64,000 nt of DNA from positions 248,001-312,000 of the forward strand of contig AP039689.1 in NCBI GenBank assembly GCA_051599415.1. Direction: 5' to 3'. The position numbers and the translations under genes are program-made. The DNA is from Savitreella phatthalungensis (lineage: Eukaryota). Below are positions 21,766-33,253 of the stretch, piece after piece (positions within the stretch are counted from its first letter, which is position 1; each line of letters starts with the position of its first letter). The notes beneath the pieces are model-generated. The model did not search any database, was not told the DNA's origin, and saw nothing but the letters and a program-made list of their open reading frames with translations.

Positions 21766-21839
21766 AGCTATCAGTTCCTTCCAATCAATCGCCTTCTTAC
21801 CCGTTCTGAACAGCCTCCAGCAGCAAACAGCCTCCACCA

Positions 21840-23528
21840 ATGCACCTCGCTCAAGTACAAAAGGCAAAGGATGATACCCACAGTGCTTCTTCTTCAGAAG
21901 ATAAGCAAGAGTGGAGTACCACAGTCTATGGATCAAAGGAAGCTGCACGAGATCTACCTGCTCACGAGATGCGTGAGGAGGAAATGCCCTCTCACATTGC
22001 CTACCGCTTGATCCACGATGAGCTTGCTTTGGACGGCAACCCTTTCCTCAACCTTGCCTCATTCGTCACCACCTTCATGGAGCCAGAAGCAGAGAAGCTG
22101 ATGCAGGAAGGGTAAGTCATCACCCTCCGGAAGATCTCCCAAACAGACATCTCCTCCCACCTCAAAAACCCTCCGACTGACAAATCATCAGAATGGCAAA
22201 GAACTTCATCGACGCTGAAGAGTACCCAGCCACCACAGACATCCAGAATCGATGTGTCAGCATCATCGGTAACCTCTTCAACGTGCCCGAACAATCTGAT
22301 GGCGGAGAGCCCGTAGGTGTCTCGACCGTCGGCTCATCTGAGGCTATCATGCTCGCTGTGCTTGCGATGAAGCGACGTTGGCAGAATCGGCGCAAGGCTG
22401 AAGGCAAGGATTGGTCTCGTCCTAACCTGGTCATGTCGAGTGCCGTCCAGGTCTGCTGGGAGAAGGCGACGCGATACTTTGAAATCGAGGAGCACTGGGT
22501 AAACGTGACAGAGGAGAGGTACGTGCTCGACCCCCAGAAGGCTGTTGACCTCGTGGACGAAAACACGATCGGCATCTGCGTCATCCTAGGACTCACCTAC
22601 ACCGGCCACTACGAAGACGTCAAGAAAGTAGACGAACTCCTCCGAAAGAAGAACGAAGAACAAGGTCTACACTGCGTCATCCACGTCGATGCCGCCTCAG
22701 GAGGGTAAAGTTAACCCTCTCCCTTGCCTTCCCTGACCGTTTACTGACCGACCAAACAGATTCGTCGCACCGTTCGTGTACCCGGAGCTCGAGTGGGACT
22801 TCCGCCTGCCGAGTGTGGTCTCGATCAACACGTCTGGCCACAAGTACGGATTGACGTTCCCTGGTGTTGGATGGCAGATCTGGCGGAGCGGAGAGTACTT
22901 GCCCCAGGAGATCCGCTTCACGATCAACTACCTGGGTTCCGACCAGGTATCGATGACGCTCAACTTCTCGAAAGGTGCATCCCAGGTGCTCGCGCAGTAC
23001 TACCAGCTCGTCCGCCTCGGCAAGTCTGGATACCGGGCCATCATGAAGAACCTGACTGCGGACGCCGTCTATCTGGCCGACAAGCTCGAAGCCTCCGGCA
23101 CCTGGACCATCATGTCTGCTCGTGGGAAGTTGGGATTGCCACTCGTCGCATTCCGCCTGACCCCGACCGCCGGCGGGACTCGCCACTACGACGAGTTTGA
23201 CGTTGCTCGAGAACTCCGACAGCGCCAGTGGATTGTTCCTGCGTACACGATGGCTCCTGATGCTTCCACACTCAAGATGATGCGGATCGTCTTGCGTGAG
23301 GACTTCTCACGCTCGAGATGCGACCTCTTCCTCAGAGATCTCGCAGCCTCGATCGCACACCTCGATTCCCTCTCACACGACCAAGTCCAGTCGTCCAGGG
23401 ACGCTCACGCCTCCCGAGCATCCTCAGGTCCACACCATCGCTCACACCCGAAACACTCACCACAACAACATCGTCACAAGGATCACCACTCACTTCAGAA
23501 ACACGGCAAGACTCACGGTATCTGCTAA
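21840..23528 (+). CDS. GAD1: Glutamate decarboxylase; exons 21840-22111, 22192-22704, 22760-23528
   Basis: LDGNPFLNLASFVTT, STVGSSEAIML, IHVDAASGG, PLP lysine motif SINTSGHKYG. Introns 22112-22191 and 22705-22759 restore the frame. Confidence 0.95.
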
Positions 23529-23551
23529 ATTAGTGACATATTCTTTTTGTT

Positions 23552-26461
23552 CTAGTCAAACCCACTAAATTCATCACCTTCATCGTCATCCTCCATCACC
23601 TCATCACTCTCGCCATCGTCGTCACTCGGTAGTATCATCGCTGACAGATTAACACCCGGTGGTAGGTTATCCATAGTCCATCCGCCCGGTGGTGGGTTAT
23701 CCCAGGACGCTGTAGTGACCTTCTCGATTGTGGGAGCTCTAGCTTTAGCTAGTTGATTTGAGCGAGCTGCTGCGGTGGAGCGAGTGGTGGATGAGAGGAG
23801 GTAGGTGATGTTGTAGTGGTTGTCTGTGGCTAGGGATGCTAGGGATGCTTGGATTTGATTGAGCGCTCTAGCGAGATGGCGTAGTCGTGCGCGTGCGTCG
23901 GAGGAGCGACCGTAGGCTAATCGACCACCACTACCAGAAGTGAGAGAGCGAGTAGCCCGGAGCTTCTCATCGGCAAGCCGTTCCAGCAGTGCAGTAGCCC
24001 ACAAGAGTGAGAACTCCAGGTGAGGAGACCGGTCGAGTGCAGCAGCACCGTGACGAAGGAGGACGTCCAAGTGGATTGTCGGGACCGAGGTGACGAGGGC
24101 TTTGATGTCTGATGGTGGCACTGCTTCCCAGACGTCCCGGATCAAGGGGGTCTCGTTCAGACGGAGGGCGATGAGGAGTGCGCGTGGGAGGTCGATGGAA
24201 GTGACGACGAGGCCGTCGTCTAAGAGAGCGCCAGCGCCGGTAAGGTAGGCTCGCGCATTTGTGGGCGTCGCCTCGACGTCTAGGTCCATCGGGTCGAATC
24301 GGCCTTTCGATTGAGGGTCGTCGAGCGCGTAGATCACGAGACCTTCCGTCGTCGCTGTGGCAAAGTGCCGGCCGGTCGGAGACACCTGGACACACCGCGT
24401 TCGGATCTCCGGCCGGGCTTTTCGAAGGGACAGGTCGCCACGAGAAGCGCCAGGTAGGTGATCTTGTCGACGACCATTCATGCCAATCGCCAGATCGTCT
24501 CCTTCGCCATCGTCGTCAGAGAGGTTTGGAAGGGCTTGCTTTGGACCTGCTTCGGTGAGGTCTCCTGAATTGAGCTTGTCGGTGACGCCAGTGAGCGACT
24601 GGTTGTGCGAGACTTGCCACTTCTTGAGCATCGTGCCGGACGACGTGTCATAAAGGCAGACGAAGCGCGAGTTGCCCGTCGCAAGCACGCAGTCTCCGGA
24701 CGCCAGGTACGAAATCGAGTTGAAGAATCGGGTTGCCTGTCGATTTTCGCTTGTCGCGCGATCGTCAAAGCGTCTGCCGCCACGAATGTCACGCCTGCCG
24801 TCTATCACGCTCGTCTGTCGTGAGTCTCCACAGTCCCAGAAGGAGAGTTGTCCGTCGAGCGTTGCGATGCAGCACTCCCGACCGTCAGGTCTGAACGCCA
24901 GCGCTTGTACCTCGGACGAGAGGGTGAGTGGCTCTGCGACGACTTTCCGCGCAAATATGTTCCACACGCGTACAGATTTGTCCCAGGAGCCTGAGGCGAG
25001 GAGTGAACCATCGGCAGAGAATCCAAGTGCGCAGACCGGCGCCTCGTGGCCACTCAACGAGTCGACGAGCTGGCCGGTCTGAACTGACCAGACCTGGACA
25101 TCGTAGCTGCCAGTTGATCCAGCGCAGACAAGCTCACCGGAGGGGTCAGCTGCGACACAGCTGAACTGGAGTCGCTCGCCTGCAACGAACGTGCGGAAGT
25201 TGCGATACCGTGACATGTCCCAAGCACGGACAGATCCGTCAAGGGAACTGCTGAAGAGGACGTTGCCCCTGCCAGAGAACGCTAAGCCTGTGACGGCAGA
25301 TGTATGGGCTTCGAGGGTGACTAGACAGAAGCCAGAGTCGAGATCCCATACTTTTATTTTGCCGTCTTCTGAACCGGTACAGCAACGACGTCCGTCGGTC
25401 GACCAGGCCATGCAATCGAGCGCGTCAAAGTGTCCTTGCTGCTTGAGGATGTACGTCTCTGACTGCCACTCCCAGACGAGGAGCTGACCGAGATCAGATG
25501 CTCCAAAGGCGAGCCAGTCGCCAGACCTGTTGATGGAGACGTGGTCAATGGCGTTTTGCGACATGCTGAGGGTGTGGATGAGGTTGAAACTGTCGTCGCC
25601 GAGCTCGTGAATCGTGAACAAGCCCGAGGAGAAGCCAGCGACCATGAGATTACGATCTGGGTGATAAGCGCAGCATTTCAATTTCGCTGGTGTCTGACCG
25701 AAGTAATGTTTCTCCTTGACGATCCATCGATGCTTCCGTGCTGCTTCAGCATCTGCATCTGTCTCGCCACTCTCGATTTCTGCTCTCCGGTAGAGGGGCT
25801 CGTAAGACCAGCGGAAGAGTGCACCGTCGCGAGAGACTGTATAGATGGTCTCTTGATCTGCGGAGAAGAATGCACCGACGATACGTTCGCGATGTGCCTG
25901 GAGGGAGGTCGGAATAAAGCCTTCCTCTGGATCTAGACTGAAGATCCGCACTGTCAGATCTCGCGAACTGGAGAGGAAGAAACGAGAATCATCGCTCCAC
26001 TCTATCCGGTCGACGAGATCGAAATGACCGGTGTATACGCGATGGCGGACAAACGGAGCAAAGTCTCTCCGGTGTTCGAGCTCTCTGGGCGAACGCCAAA
26101 CCTGGACTTGATTGTCGACTGCGCAGGCAAAATAGTTTCCGCATGGTGAAAACTTGATGTCTCTGACTCGACCTTTGAAGTTGAAATGATGGAGGACTGT
26201 ACGCTTGCGGAAGTTGACGAGGATAGCACGGCCCTCGTCATCGACAGAAAGTAGAAGTGTCGCGCGTGGATTCAATCCTATCCGAACTATATTCTTCCGC
26301 GTCTCGAACGGGAATGTGAAGGTCGTCGAGTTGACGAGGTCAAAGCAGGTGACTCTGTTGCCTACAGGTGTGAGAAGTGCATTACCGTCTGGAGTGAAGA
26401 GGACATTGCCTCGACTGTAGACTGTGCCTAGAAGGTTTGCAAATTGGAAGTCTCCCTTCAT
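23552..26461 (-). CDS. PWP2: SSU processome WD40 protein Pwp2/Utp1
   Basis: MKGDFQFANLLGTVYSRGN, GQLLVWEWQSETYILKQQGH, YRNFRTF, many WD repeats. Confidence 0.96.
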   Translation of the reverse strand: MKGDFQFANLLGTVYSRGNVLFTPDGNALLTPVGNRVTCFDLVNSTTFTFPFETRKNIVRIGLNPRATLLLSVDDEGRAILVNFRKRTVLHHFNFKGRVRDIKFSPCGNYFACAVDNQVQVWRSPRELEHRRDFAPFVRHRVYTGHFDLVDRIEWSDDSRFFLSSSRDLTVRIFSLDPEEGFIPTSLQAHRERIVGAFFSADQETIYTVSRDGALFRWSYEPLYRRAEIESGETDADAEAARKHRWIVKEKHYFGQTPAKLKCCAYHPDRNLMVAGFSSGLFTIHELGDDSFNLIHTLSMSQNAIDHVSINRSGDWLAFGASDLGQLLVWEWQSETYILKQQGHFDALDCMAWSTDGRRCCTGSEDGKIKVWDLDSGFCLVTLEAHTSAVTGLAFSGRGNVLFSSSLDGSVRAWDMSRYRNFRTFVAGERLQFSCVAADPSGELVCAGSTGSYDVQVWSVQTGQLVDSLSGHEAPVCALGFSADGSLLASGSWDKSVRVWNIFARKVVAEPLTLSSEVQALAFRPDGRECCIATLDGQLSFWDCGDSRQTSVIDGRRDIRGGRRFDDRATSENRQATRFFNSISYLASGDCVLATGNSRFVCLYDTSSGTMLKKWQVSHNQSLTGVTDKLNSGDLTEAGPKQALPNLSDDDGEGDDLAIGMNGRRQDHLPGASRGDLSLRKARPEIRTRCVQVSPTGRHFATATTEGLVIYALDDPQSKGRFDPMDLDVEATPTNARAYLTGAGALLDDGLVVTSIDLPRALLIALRLNETPLIRDVWEAVPPSDIKALVTSVPTIHLDVLLRHGAAALDRSPHLEFSLLWATALLERLADEKLRATRSLTSGSGGRLAYGRSSDARARLRHLARALNQIQASLASLATDNHYNITYLLSSTTRSTAAARSNQLAKARAPTIEKVTTASWDNPPPGGWTMDNLPPGVNLSAMILPSDDDGESDEVMEDDDEGDEFSGFD

Positions 26462-26981
26462 TGGAGGTGTATCAGAGTAGAAGGAGATATGAGGTCTATA
26501 AGGCCATGATTATGAAGCTGAAAGAGCTGCCTGATGACTTGCTTTGAAGCGAAGAGGATGATGTCCAAGGCGGATGATAGTGACGTTGTGTGCCTGATAT
26601 GAGTTGATCAAGTATATACTGTAGATGATTGTCGATCGAGTGGATATTGATCTATGGATGATCACGTGGAATTCACTGCATGGCACTGAATTGGAATTCC
26701 ACAGACACCACCACTCAAGAGTACAGTCCCACTCTTACACACACAGTCACTACCCCCATATCTCAAGTCACAGACGTAGCCAAAGGGTCATTGTCACGTA
26801 CAGAGCCTCACTGGCAATTGCACTTGACTATAGAATGCCATGCTTCAGTTAGTGCGATTGCAGACAAGGTGGGTCAACTTGAATGAGTAAGTGAGAGCCC
26901 GAGCGAGTACATTAGAGATACTCAAAATACTAGCTCTTGTTTCTGAATGCAGTCTCTTCCCTTGTCCCCCGTCGAAAGCCC

Positions 26982-27671
26982 TTAGACCTTGACGGCATTG
27001 CGACGGGAGAAGAATGTTCTGACCACAAAGACCTGCAAGAATGAGGCAGCCACCATTGCTACACTCTCGAGCACGGCAAACCTAGAAGATGTGTTAGTTG
27101 ATGACTCATCTGACGAAAGTACTCTCTCAAGCGGAACCGCATACCAGAAAATTCGCGACTCAGTGGACTGGACAGTAGACATGTTGCGGTTCTCTCGCGT
27201 CCTGAAGTACTTTTGCATCCTGCTGATCTGACTTGTCTGCATTGAGATCTTCAGTACGCTTTCCTCGATCCCGGTCGTCGAGTCTGCTGATGCTCCAGGC
27301 TTCACTGGCATCTCCGAACGAGGCTCGGACTCGACCTGAACCTCGATATCGACGTCTTTATCTGTGACAGAGGACATGCCGTTGTTAAGACAGAACTCAT
27401 ACTCTCCTTCCCGCATGGCAGTGAAGGCGAAATCGCCCTGTCTCTCCTTCTCACCGCTCATGACGACAAGTTGCTGAGGATCCTTGACGGTGTAATCGAT
27501 GTCAAAGTCTCCACCCGACTGTACCGCAAAGTAGAAGCTGATCTTCTCTCCTGCTCTGTCGACCCAAGCATATGAGCACGTCTTATCATTTGCCTTGACG
27601 CGCAATGTCATGGCTGAACCTAGGACGCAGGCCACGAAGGCTGTGAGGAGCAAGAAAACTGATTTGACCAT
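26982..27671 (-). CDS. p24/emp24 GOLD-domain cargo receptor (Erp3/Erp4-like); intron 27082-27144
   Basis: Signal peptide, FYFAVQSGGDFDIDY, GEYEFC, QKYFRTRENRN.STV.STE.RI, TM helix and cytosolic FF motif. Confidence 0.9.
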   Translation of the reverse strand: MVKSVFLLLTAFVACVLGSAMTLRVKANDKTCSYAWVDRAGEKISFYFAVQSGGDFDIDYTVKDPQQLVVMSGEKERQGDFAFTAMREGEYEFCLNNGMSSVTDKDVDIEVQVESEPRSEMPVKPGASADSTTGIEESVLKISMQTSQISRMQKYFRTRENRNMSTVQSTESRIFWYAVPLERVLSSDESSTNTSSRFAVLESVAMVAASFLQVFVVRTFFSRRNAVKV

Positions 27672-28405
27672 GATATGCACGACAGCGAAGGATGAAGTTG
27701 ATGGTGGTAGTGGTGAAAGGAGCCCGTCTGTTGATGTGGGACTAGTGGAAAGCACTCACGTTTTTACCCACTGGCTTTGTCGCGCAACGAAGTTACGTTT
27801 CTGGGAGTGATCAGACCCGCGACTGGCTAGCAAAGTAGATACCCGACTAGATGGCCGACTGACTTGGTTGATCTGCAGTTGAGACTGTGCTTGTGACGCG
27901 TTGTGTGCAGGGTATGTGCGCGTAGATGTACGTGTTGTGCACCTTCAGCTAGCTTGTGGTGTATATACACATTCACGTGCACGAATAAGCACATGCACGA
28001 ACACGAGCACAAAGCACGAGTTTGATCATTCATTATCCACTGCCTCGTATCTACTACACTCTTCGCGGTCTGCCTTCAACCACGTCGAGATACCTCATCA
28101 GGTACGCGTAGTAGCTACAATCCCTGACGAGTAAGGCCTTGAAAAGCTGCTAGAAGGACTTTGCTAGAGATCTGCCAAGGTGCGCGCACTCATTGATCCA
28201 GGCGCCACCTTGGAAGGCCGCTCAATCCCCGCCAAAGAAGGTCACAAGGGTTCGCTGCAGCCGCGCATTCCAATAAGACGTCTGTCGACTGCGCAAAACG
28301 TTGTTTATCAGGAAATCGTCCATTGGCGCTGCCTGATCTACGTGCTCTCGTGCTGTCAAAAGCACCAATGAATCCACCACAAATAGATCCTATCTCTTGT
28401 GAGAC

Positions 28406-31400
28406 ATGAATGACAGGCAGCGGTCGTCGTCTCCGGACGTACAGGTGGTGCCGACCGCTTCTGATTCGCCCACGAGCTCACAGGGACGGTCAACATTGCG
28501 CCGGTCGAGCTCGAGCTTGCGTGAGAACAGTCTGCCTGGCACACATTTCACCAATAAGCAGACCATCTGCACCCCGCTGTCTGCAGTCAATCGAGACACC
28601 AGGCCTGCTCCAAAAGCTTCCTACTTCGCAGCTCAGAGATCGTACGGCTCAGGTCGTATCCCTGGGTTTGTGGGTGGGCCGCCACGGCTCACGCCACACA
28701 CACACGCTTCTCAAGATTCTCCACCTCTTTCACGCACACATCCACACGCTCCCTCCGCTCAGGGCGCTTCTGGCGCTGCTGCAGAGCTTCGTCGTCAGCA
28801 AGCCAGTATGAGTCACAGCAGTCATACCGTGCCCGTCGATGTCACGGCTACTCAAGCCGCCGCTCGTGCTAGCTATGTTACAACTGACTCGAACAAGCGC
28901 ATCAAGCTCGACAGTCCGACCAATCGTGCTGTCAACACGTCAGATCATCCAATCGCAGTTAGTCCGGAGACCGTCTGCGCACTCGACATCACTTTCTTTG
29001 ACAATGGTTCAGTCTTCGGTTGCACAAAAGGATCCAAGCTCAGGCTGTTCTCAGATCGCGTTGAAGTTGATCTTTATATTGAGTCGTCTACAACAGTGCG
29101 TGTAGAAACGTACCACGAGGTTTGGTCATGCGGTCAACTACGGTCCTTGAGAACCTGTGATGAGCTCAACCTACTCGTTCTTTGGGGCAAGAACAAGAAA
29201 CGTCTCGGTCCAGGCGAGCTCACCTGTGACTTTGCCTTCGTCTTCGACCGCAAATCGAACCATGATCTTATACGATGGCTGCAGAGTATAGACGGAAGAC
29301 CGATTGCTGAAAAGGTGGATCCAATCAGCAGAGGTGAGTGCTGGAGGACAGGTGGGATCGCAGAGCTTCTACGCCGGGCAGGTCAGCTGCCAGACCCATT
29401 CTCATCTTCACAGAAGCGTACGCCGAGCACGCCGTCTCTGATGCGAAGAGTATCGAGACCACAAGAAAGTCCATCCGAATCCAGGCTGCGACTCTCACGT
29501 CCGTCAGTGTTGGAGTTTCAGCCAGCTCAGAGACCTGTCGCAAAATCGATCGACGATGAGGTCGAAACTTTGACGGCACCTCCTCAGCAGCGCAGATCAG
29601 CTCGACAACTCAGCAAGTTCCTGGAGTCCGAGGCAACTCAGCCCAGCGTGCCCGTCCTGATCTGGCCCGGTGGACCAGGCTCGATCACCGTCTATTCCGA
29701 CGATCAACGACGATTGTATACAGAAGACTTCCTGAATGACACCCTCGTCGACTTCTTCCTCAAATGGTATCTCAACAAGGACGCCGAGAACGAAGGGTTG
29801 AAATCAGACGTCTACATATTCAGTACTTTCTTCTTCGATCGACTAACCAAGGATGGCGCGGGAATCAACCACAAAGCCGTCGAGAAGTGGACGCGCAAAT
29901 CAGGCATCGATCTCTTCAAGAAGCGATTCGTCATCGTGCCGATCAACGAGTCGGCACACTGGTACGTGATGGTCATCGTGAACCTGAACAAGGTCGAGTT
30001 CGAGGAAGACAAAGAGCGACGTCGGAAAGAGGAAGAAGAACGAAGGCTGCGCAACACAATAGATCTCGACGATGACAGCCCCGACAACAGTCTCGTACAA
30101 TCACCGTTTTTCGCCAAAAAGAGATCGATGAAAGACAAAGTCACAGAGATAGTACGGAGCTCTTCGAACTCGCCTCGAGCCATAGTCCAGCATCAGGTAC
30201 GTCAACAACCATCTCGAAAAATCAAGGAGATTCCAGAACCTGATCAGCCGATGATACTTATGCTGGACTCGCTAGGTGCATCACACAACCACACCTACAA
30301 GAAGCTGCGGAGCTACCTGGAGGCAGAGGCCGCGGCGCAAGGAAAGACGCTCAATGCGCGAGATGAGTTGCCAGGATACAAATCTGTGAGCCTGCCGATG
30401 CAGGACAACTTCTATGACTGTGGTGTTTATCTGATTCACTACATCAAGGCGCTCGTGTCGAGACCGCAGGATGTGCTCGAGGAATTACTGCAGCCGCGGG
30501 GCAGTCACAGTGTTGCAGCCACCGGCTCCTCACCTGCCCGCACAGAGACGTTCTGGCGAATGCGCGAGAACACAGAGCTGCGTGCGCAGCTCGCAAGAGA
30601 GCTCCAGAGCGCTATCGAACAATTTCCCATCGCTCTCCAGCAGTCCTCCGGCCCTGAAGCCCCGGAGGCCGATGACGCAGATACCCTCTTCGAGCTCACA
30701 GAGGCACAGATGGCAGAGGAGGAATTGCAACGCAAATCAGAAGAGCCACCACTCGCTGACCAGGGGGACGAACAGGCTGAGAAGCAGACCGAGCATGAGA
30801 GTGAGAACGCTTCTGTGCAAGCGCAACAGCCGGCGAGCGAGCCGTTTGCGGACGATAACAAGACAAACTTCGCGCCGGAGGCAGTGGCTGACGTGCCGCA
30901 GGAAGACATGATGCAAACAAATGACTTACCATCGTATTCGACTCGAGACGGTCCAGAGGATGAGCTGATCGCGTCGAGCCCCGCGTCAGCGGAGCTACCA
31001 CCTTCTGAACGGCACATCAGCATCTCGAACTCACTCTCGCTTGACCGAGCCGCCAGTCGCGGCACTTCCACTGCTCGTACTCAAAGTTCCTCGGACGTGA
31101 GTGAAGCTGGAGAAGGTGTAATTCAGGTGGCGAGCGACATTGAGAACGACGATTCTGACGATCCCGATAGGTCTTTGACTGACCACAACATCGGTCGACC
31201 ACGACTTCACACAAAGCTCGTTGAACGCCCACGGAATGCGACCGACAAGATTGCCACCATCCCTGCATCACTTGCTGTGCGAGCGCCTGTCCGCGTCCGC
31301 GCTCTACCAACTGAGGACTCCGACAGCGATGAGTGTACGAGCCGCGATCGGCGGCCAGTCAGTTCGCGTGTGGTGTTCACGGACGCTCGCAGAAGAAATG

Positions 31401-31558
31401 CCCACACTTACGGCTCGAGACACTCTGGCGGAGGTGGCAAGAGACTTCACATTCCGATCGTTCCTGAACCTCCAAGTTCTCCAGACACTCCCCCACCATC
31501 TCGCACATCCGCACACACCAAGAAGACGATCAACTCAATCCCGATCGATGTCGACTAG
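28406..31558 (+). CDS. ULP2: Ulp2-like SUMO protease (peptidase C48)
   Basis: FLNDTLVDFFLK, YIFSTFFF, VPINESAHWY, LDSL, QDNFYDCGVY in a central catalytic domain flanked by disordered regions. Confidence 0.85.
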   Translation: MNDRQRSSSPDVQVVPTASDSPTSSQGRSTLRRSSSSLRENSLPGTHFTNKQTICTPLSAVNRDTRPAPKASYFAAQRSYGSGRIPGFVGGPPRLTPHTHASQDSPPLSRTHPHAPSAQGASGAAAELRRQQASMSHSSHTVPVDVTATQAAARASYVTTDSNKRIKLDSPTNRAVNTSDHPIAVSPETVCALDITFFDNGSVFGCTKGSKLRLFSDRVEVDLYIESSTTVRVETYHEVWSCGQLRSLRTCDELNLLVLWGKNKKRLGPGELTCDFAFVFDRKSNHDLIRWLQSIDGRPIAEKVDPISRGECWRTGGIAELLRRAGQLPDPFSSSQKRTPSTPSLMRRVSRPQESPSESRLRLSRPSVLEFQPAQRPVAKSIDDEVETLTAPPQQRRSARQLSKFLESEATQPSVPVLIWPGGPGSITVYSDDQRRLYTEDFLNDTLVDFFLKWYLNKDAENEGLKSDVYIFSTFFFDRLTKDGAGINHKAVEKWTRKSGIDLFKKRFVIVPINESAHWYVMVIVNLNKVEFEEDKERRRKEEEERRLRNTIDLDDDSPDNSLVQSPFFAKKRSMKDKVTEIVRSSSNSPRAIVQHQVRQQPSRKIKEIPEPDQPMILMLDSLGASHNHTYKKLRSYLEAEAAAQGKTLNARDELPGYKSVSLPMQDNFYDCGVYLIHYIKALVSRPQDVLEELLQPRGSHSVAATGSSPARTETFWRMRENTELRAQLARELQSAIEQFPIALQQSSGPEAPEADDADTLFELTEAQMAEEELQRKSEEPPLADQGDEQAEKQTEHESENASVQAQQPASEPFADDNKTNFAPEAVADVPQEDMMQTNDLPSYSTRDGPEDELIASSPASAELPPSERHISISNSLSLDRAASRGTSTARTQSSSDVSEAGEGVIQVASDIENDDSDDPDRSLTDHNIGRPRLHTKLVERPRNATDKIATIPASLAVRAPVRVRALPTEDSDSDECTSRDRRPVSSRVVFTDARRRNAHTYGSRHSGGGGKRLHIPIVPEPPSSPDTPPPSRTSAHTKKTINSIPIDVD

Positions 31559-31642
31559 TGTGCTGGCGTAAGCATCGTCTACATAAGGTCATGACTAATC
31601 TAGACTCTTCCTTGTCATCACGTGTGGGGTAAGGATTGCTTG

Positions 31643-33253
31643 TTACAAGATGCCTTGAGCGACGAGATCCTTGTAGACGCGCTCACTCATGACGTTACCT
31701 CGATCGTCTTCCATCTCGACCTGATGTTCCTTCTTCCTTCGCGCTTGGTGCTCCTTTGCCTGTTGCTGGCGCTTGAGTGCAAGTGCATGGTCGATGGATG
31801 TGACGTGGTGATAGAGTGTGTGGACTGTCTCGTCGGCGACGGCGATCCCGAGGAAGCTGAGTCCCTGGAGGTGGCGAGGTTCACGAAAGTGGCGATCAAA
31901 CGCCCGTCGACCCATATACACGTGACCCCCACAAACCTCGCATCCAAACTCGTGACCGAGACCGTGCAGCCTGAACAACCAAGCCGGAATCGGCTTGCCA
32001 TCCCAACCGAGAGGGAAGTTGAGAGGATTATTGGCTTTTGGGCCACCGCGTGGGCGGGAGGCGTCATCGTCATTGTCATCGTCGGATGCTGGGTTGAGGA
32101 AGCCTGCGTCCGGGTCTTCAAAGGGACCTAGTTCGATCTCCTGGTGTGTGGTGTCGTTACCGGCGTAGACGGTCCGCTTGATGGCAGGGTTGTCGATGGG
32201 TGGTGGACGTGCTAGGGCTGCGGCGTTGTCACGCTCCGCCAGCCACTCGCGTTCAGTCAACGTCTGCTTCCGCACAATGTTGTCACGAGTGGCAATCGCA
32301 ATCCCTCGCATCCGTCTGCCAACCTCACAGACCACAGCTTCGTCACCACCCACGTCGGAGGTCGGCCCGCGCCGCAATACAGCAGCCTTGTGCTTCTTGC
32401 CTGTCAGATGGCCGTCGTAAACCGTCCGCTTCGCGAATGACTTCTGACATGCATCACACCAGACAGAAGCGTCGTCTGGGCTGGGCGTGGTCTGAGTTGC
32501 TCGAGTATTGGAGGGAGGGTGGAGCTTGATCCGTTTGGCTTGGACATCGCCGCGCTCTAGAGGCGCCAGCCTCTGCCAGAAGCCGACGAGGTATTCTGCG
32601 AGGTCTCGAATGTACTGAGCGTATGACGGCAGCTTCCGTGTGGACTCGGGAATCAGGTCAAGCTTGTCGAAGGTCTCAACGTAGCGAGCATATGTGCCTG
32701 GCTCGACTCCGAGGAGGTTCACAAACTGCTTGTAGTGCGCCTGCAGATCGATGTACCGGCCGAATCCTTCGTCAGGGCTGAAGAGCGTCATGTAGACGTC
32801 CTTATCATTGTCATCGTCAGCGGCATCTGCATCGCCGCCGTAGCTCAGACCATCCTGCGTCGGTGCGGGCAGGTCCAGCTCGAGGATATTCTGAAGGTCT
32901 TCGACCTGCTCGTCAGGGAAGCGCCGGTAGTGAGTTTTGATGGCTTGAATTGCCCCATAGAAGTCATCGAGTGCGTCTGCACCACGCTTTGCAAGTGAGA
33001 GCTTATCCTGCTCCCTCTTTAGTACCTTGATCCCAGTTGCGGTTGCTTCGTCCGTGGCATCATCGGCATATGCACGCTTCAGATTTCGCATCTGTTCACT
33101 TATGCGTAGCGTCATTTCATGCAGCTCATGATCAAGCTGTAGTCTATCACGGACTGTGCGTGGTCTGACCAGGAGTCTGTCAGCGATGGCAGTCTCCAGT
33201 CTCTCGACATGCTCCAAAGCATACCTCTGCTTTTCTAGCACCGTTTCTTCCAT
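31643..33253 (-). CDS. PRP9: Splicing factor SF3a60/Prp9
   Basis: FSPDEGFGRYIDL, zinc finger CDAC..HLTGKKH, NPLNFPLGWDGKPIP.WL.RLHGL, EMEDDRGNVMSERVYKDL. Confidence 0.95.
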   Translation of the reverse strand: MEETVLEKQRYALEHVERLETAIADRLLVRPRTVRDRLQLDHELHEMTLRISEQMRNLKRAYADDATDEATATGIKVLKREQDKLSLAKRGADALDDFYGAIQAIKTHYRRFPDEQVEDLQNILELDLPAPTQDGLSYGGDADAADDDNDKDVYMTLFSPDEGFGRYIDLQAHYKQFVNLLGVEPGTYARYVETFDKLDLIPESTRKLPSYAQYIRDLAEYLVGFWQRLAPLERGDVQAKRIKLHPPSNTRATQTTPSPDDASVWCDACQKSFAKRTVYDGHLTGKKHKAAVLRRGPTSDVGGDEAVVCEVGRRMRGIAIATRDNIVRKQTLTEREWLAERDNAAALARPPPIDNPAIKRTVYAGNDTTHQEIELGPFEDPDAGFLNPASDDDNDDDASRPRGGPKANNPLNFPLGWDGKPIPAWLFRLHGLGHEFGCEVCGGHVYMGRRAFDRHFREPRHLQGLSFLGIAVADETVHTLYHHVTSIDHALALKRQQQAKEHQARRKKEHQVEMEDDRGNVMSERVYKDLVAQGIL

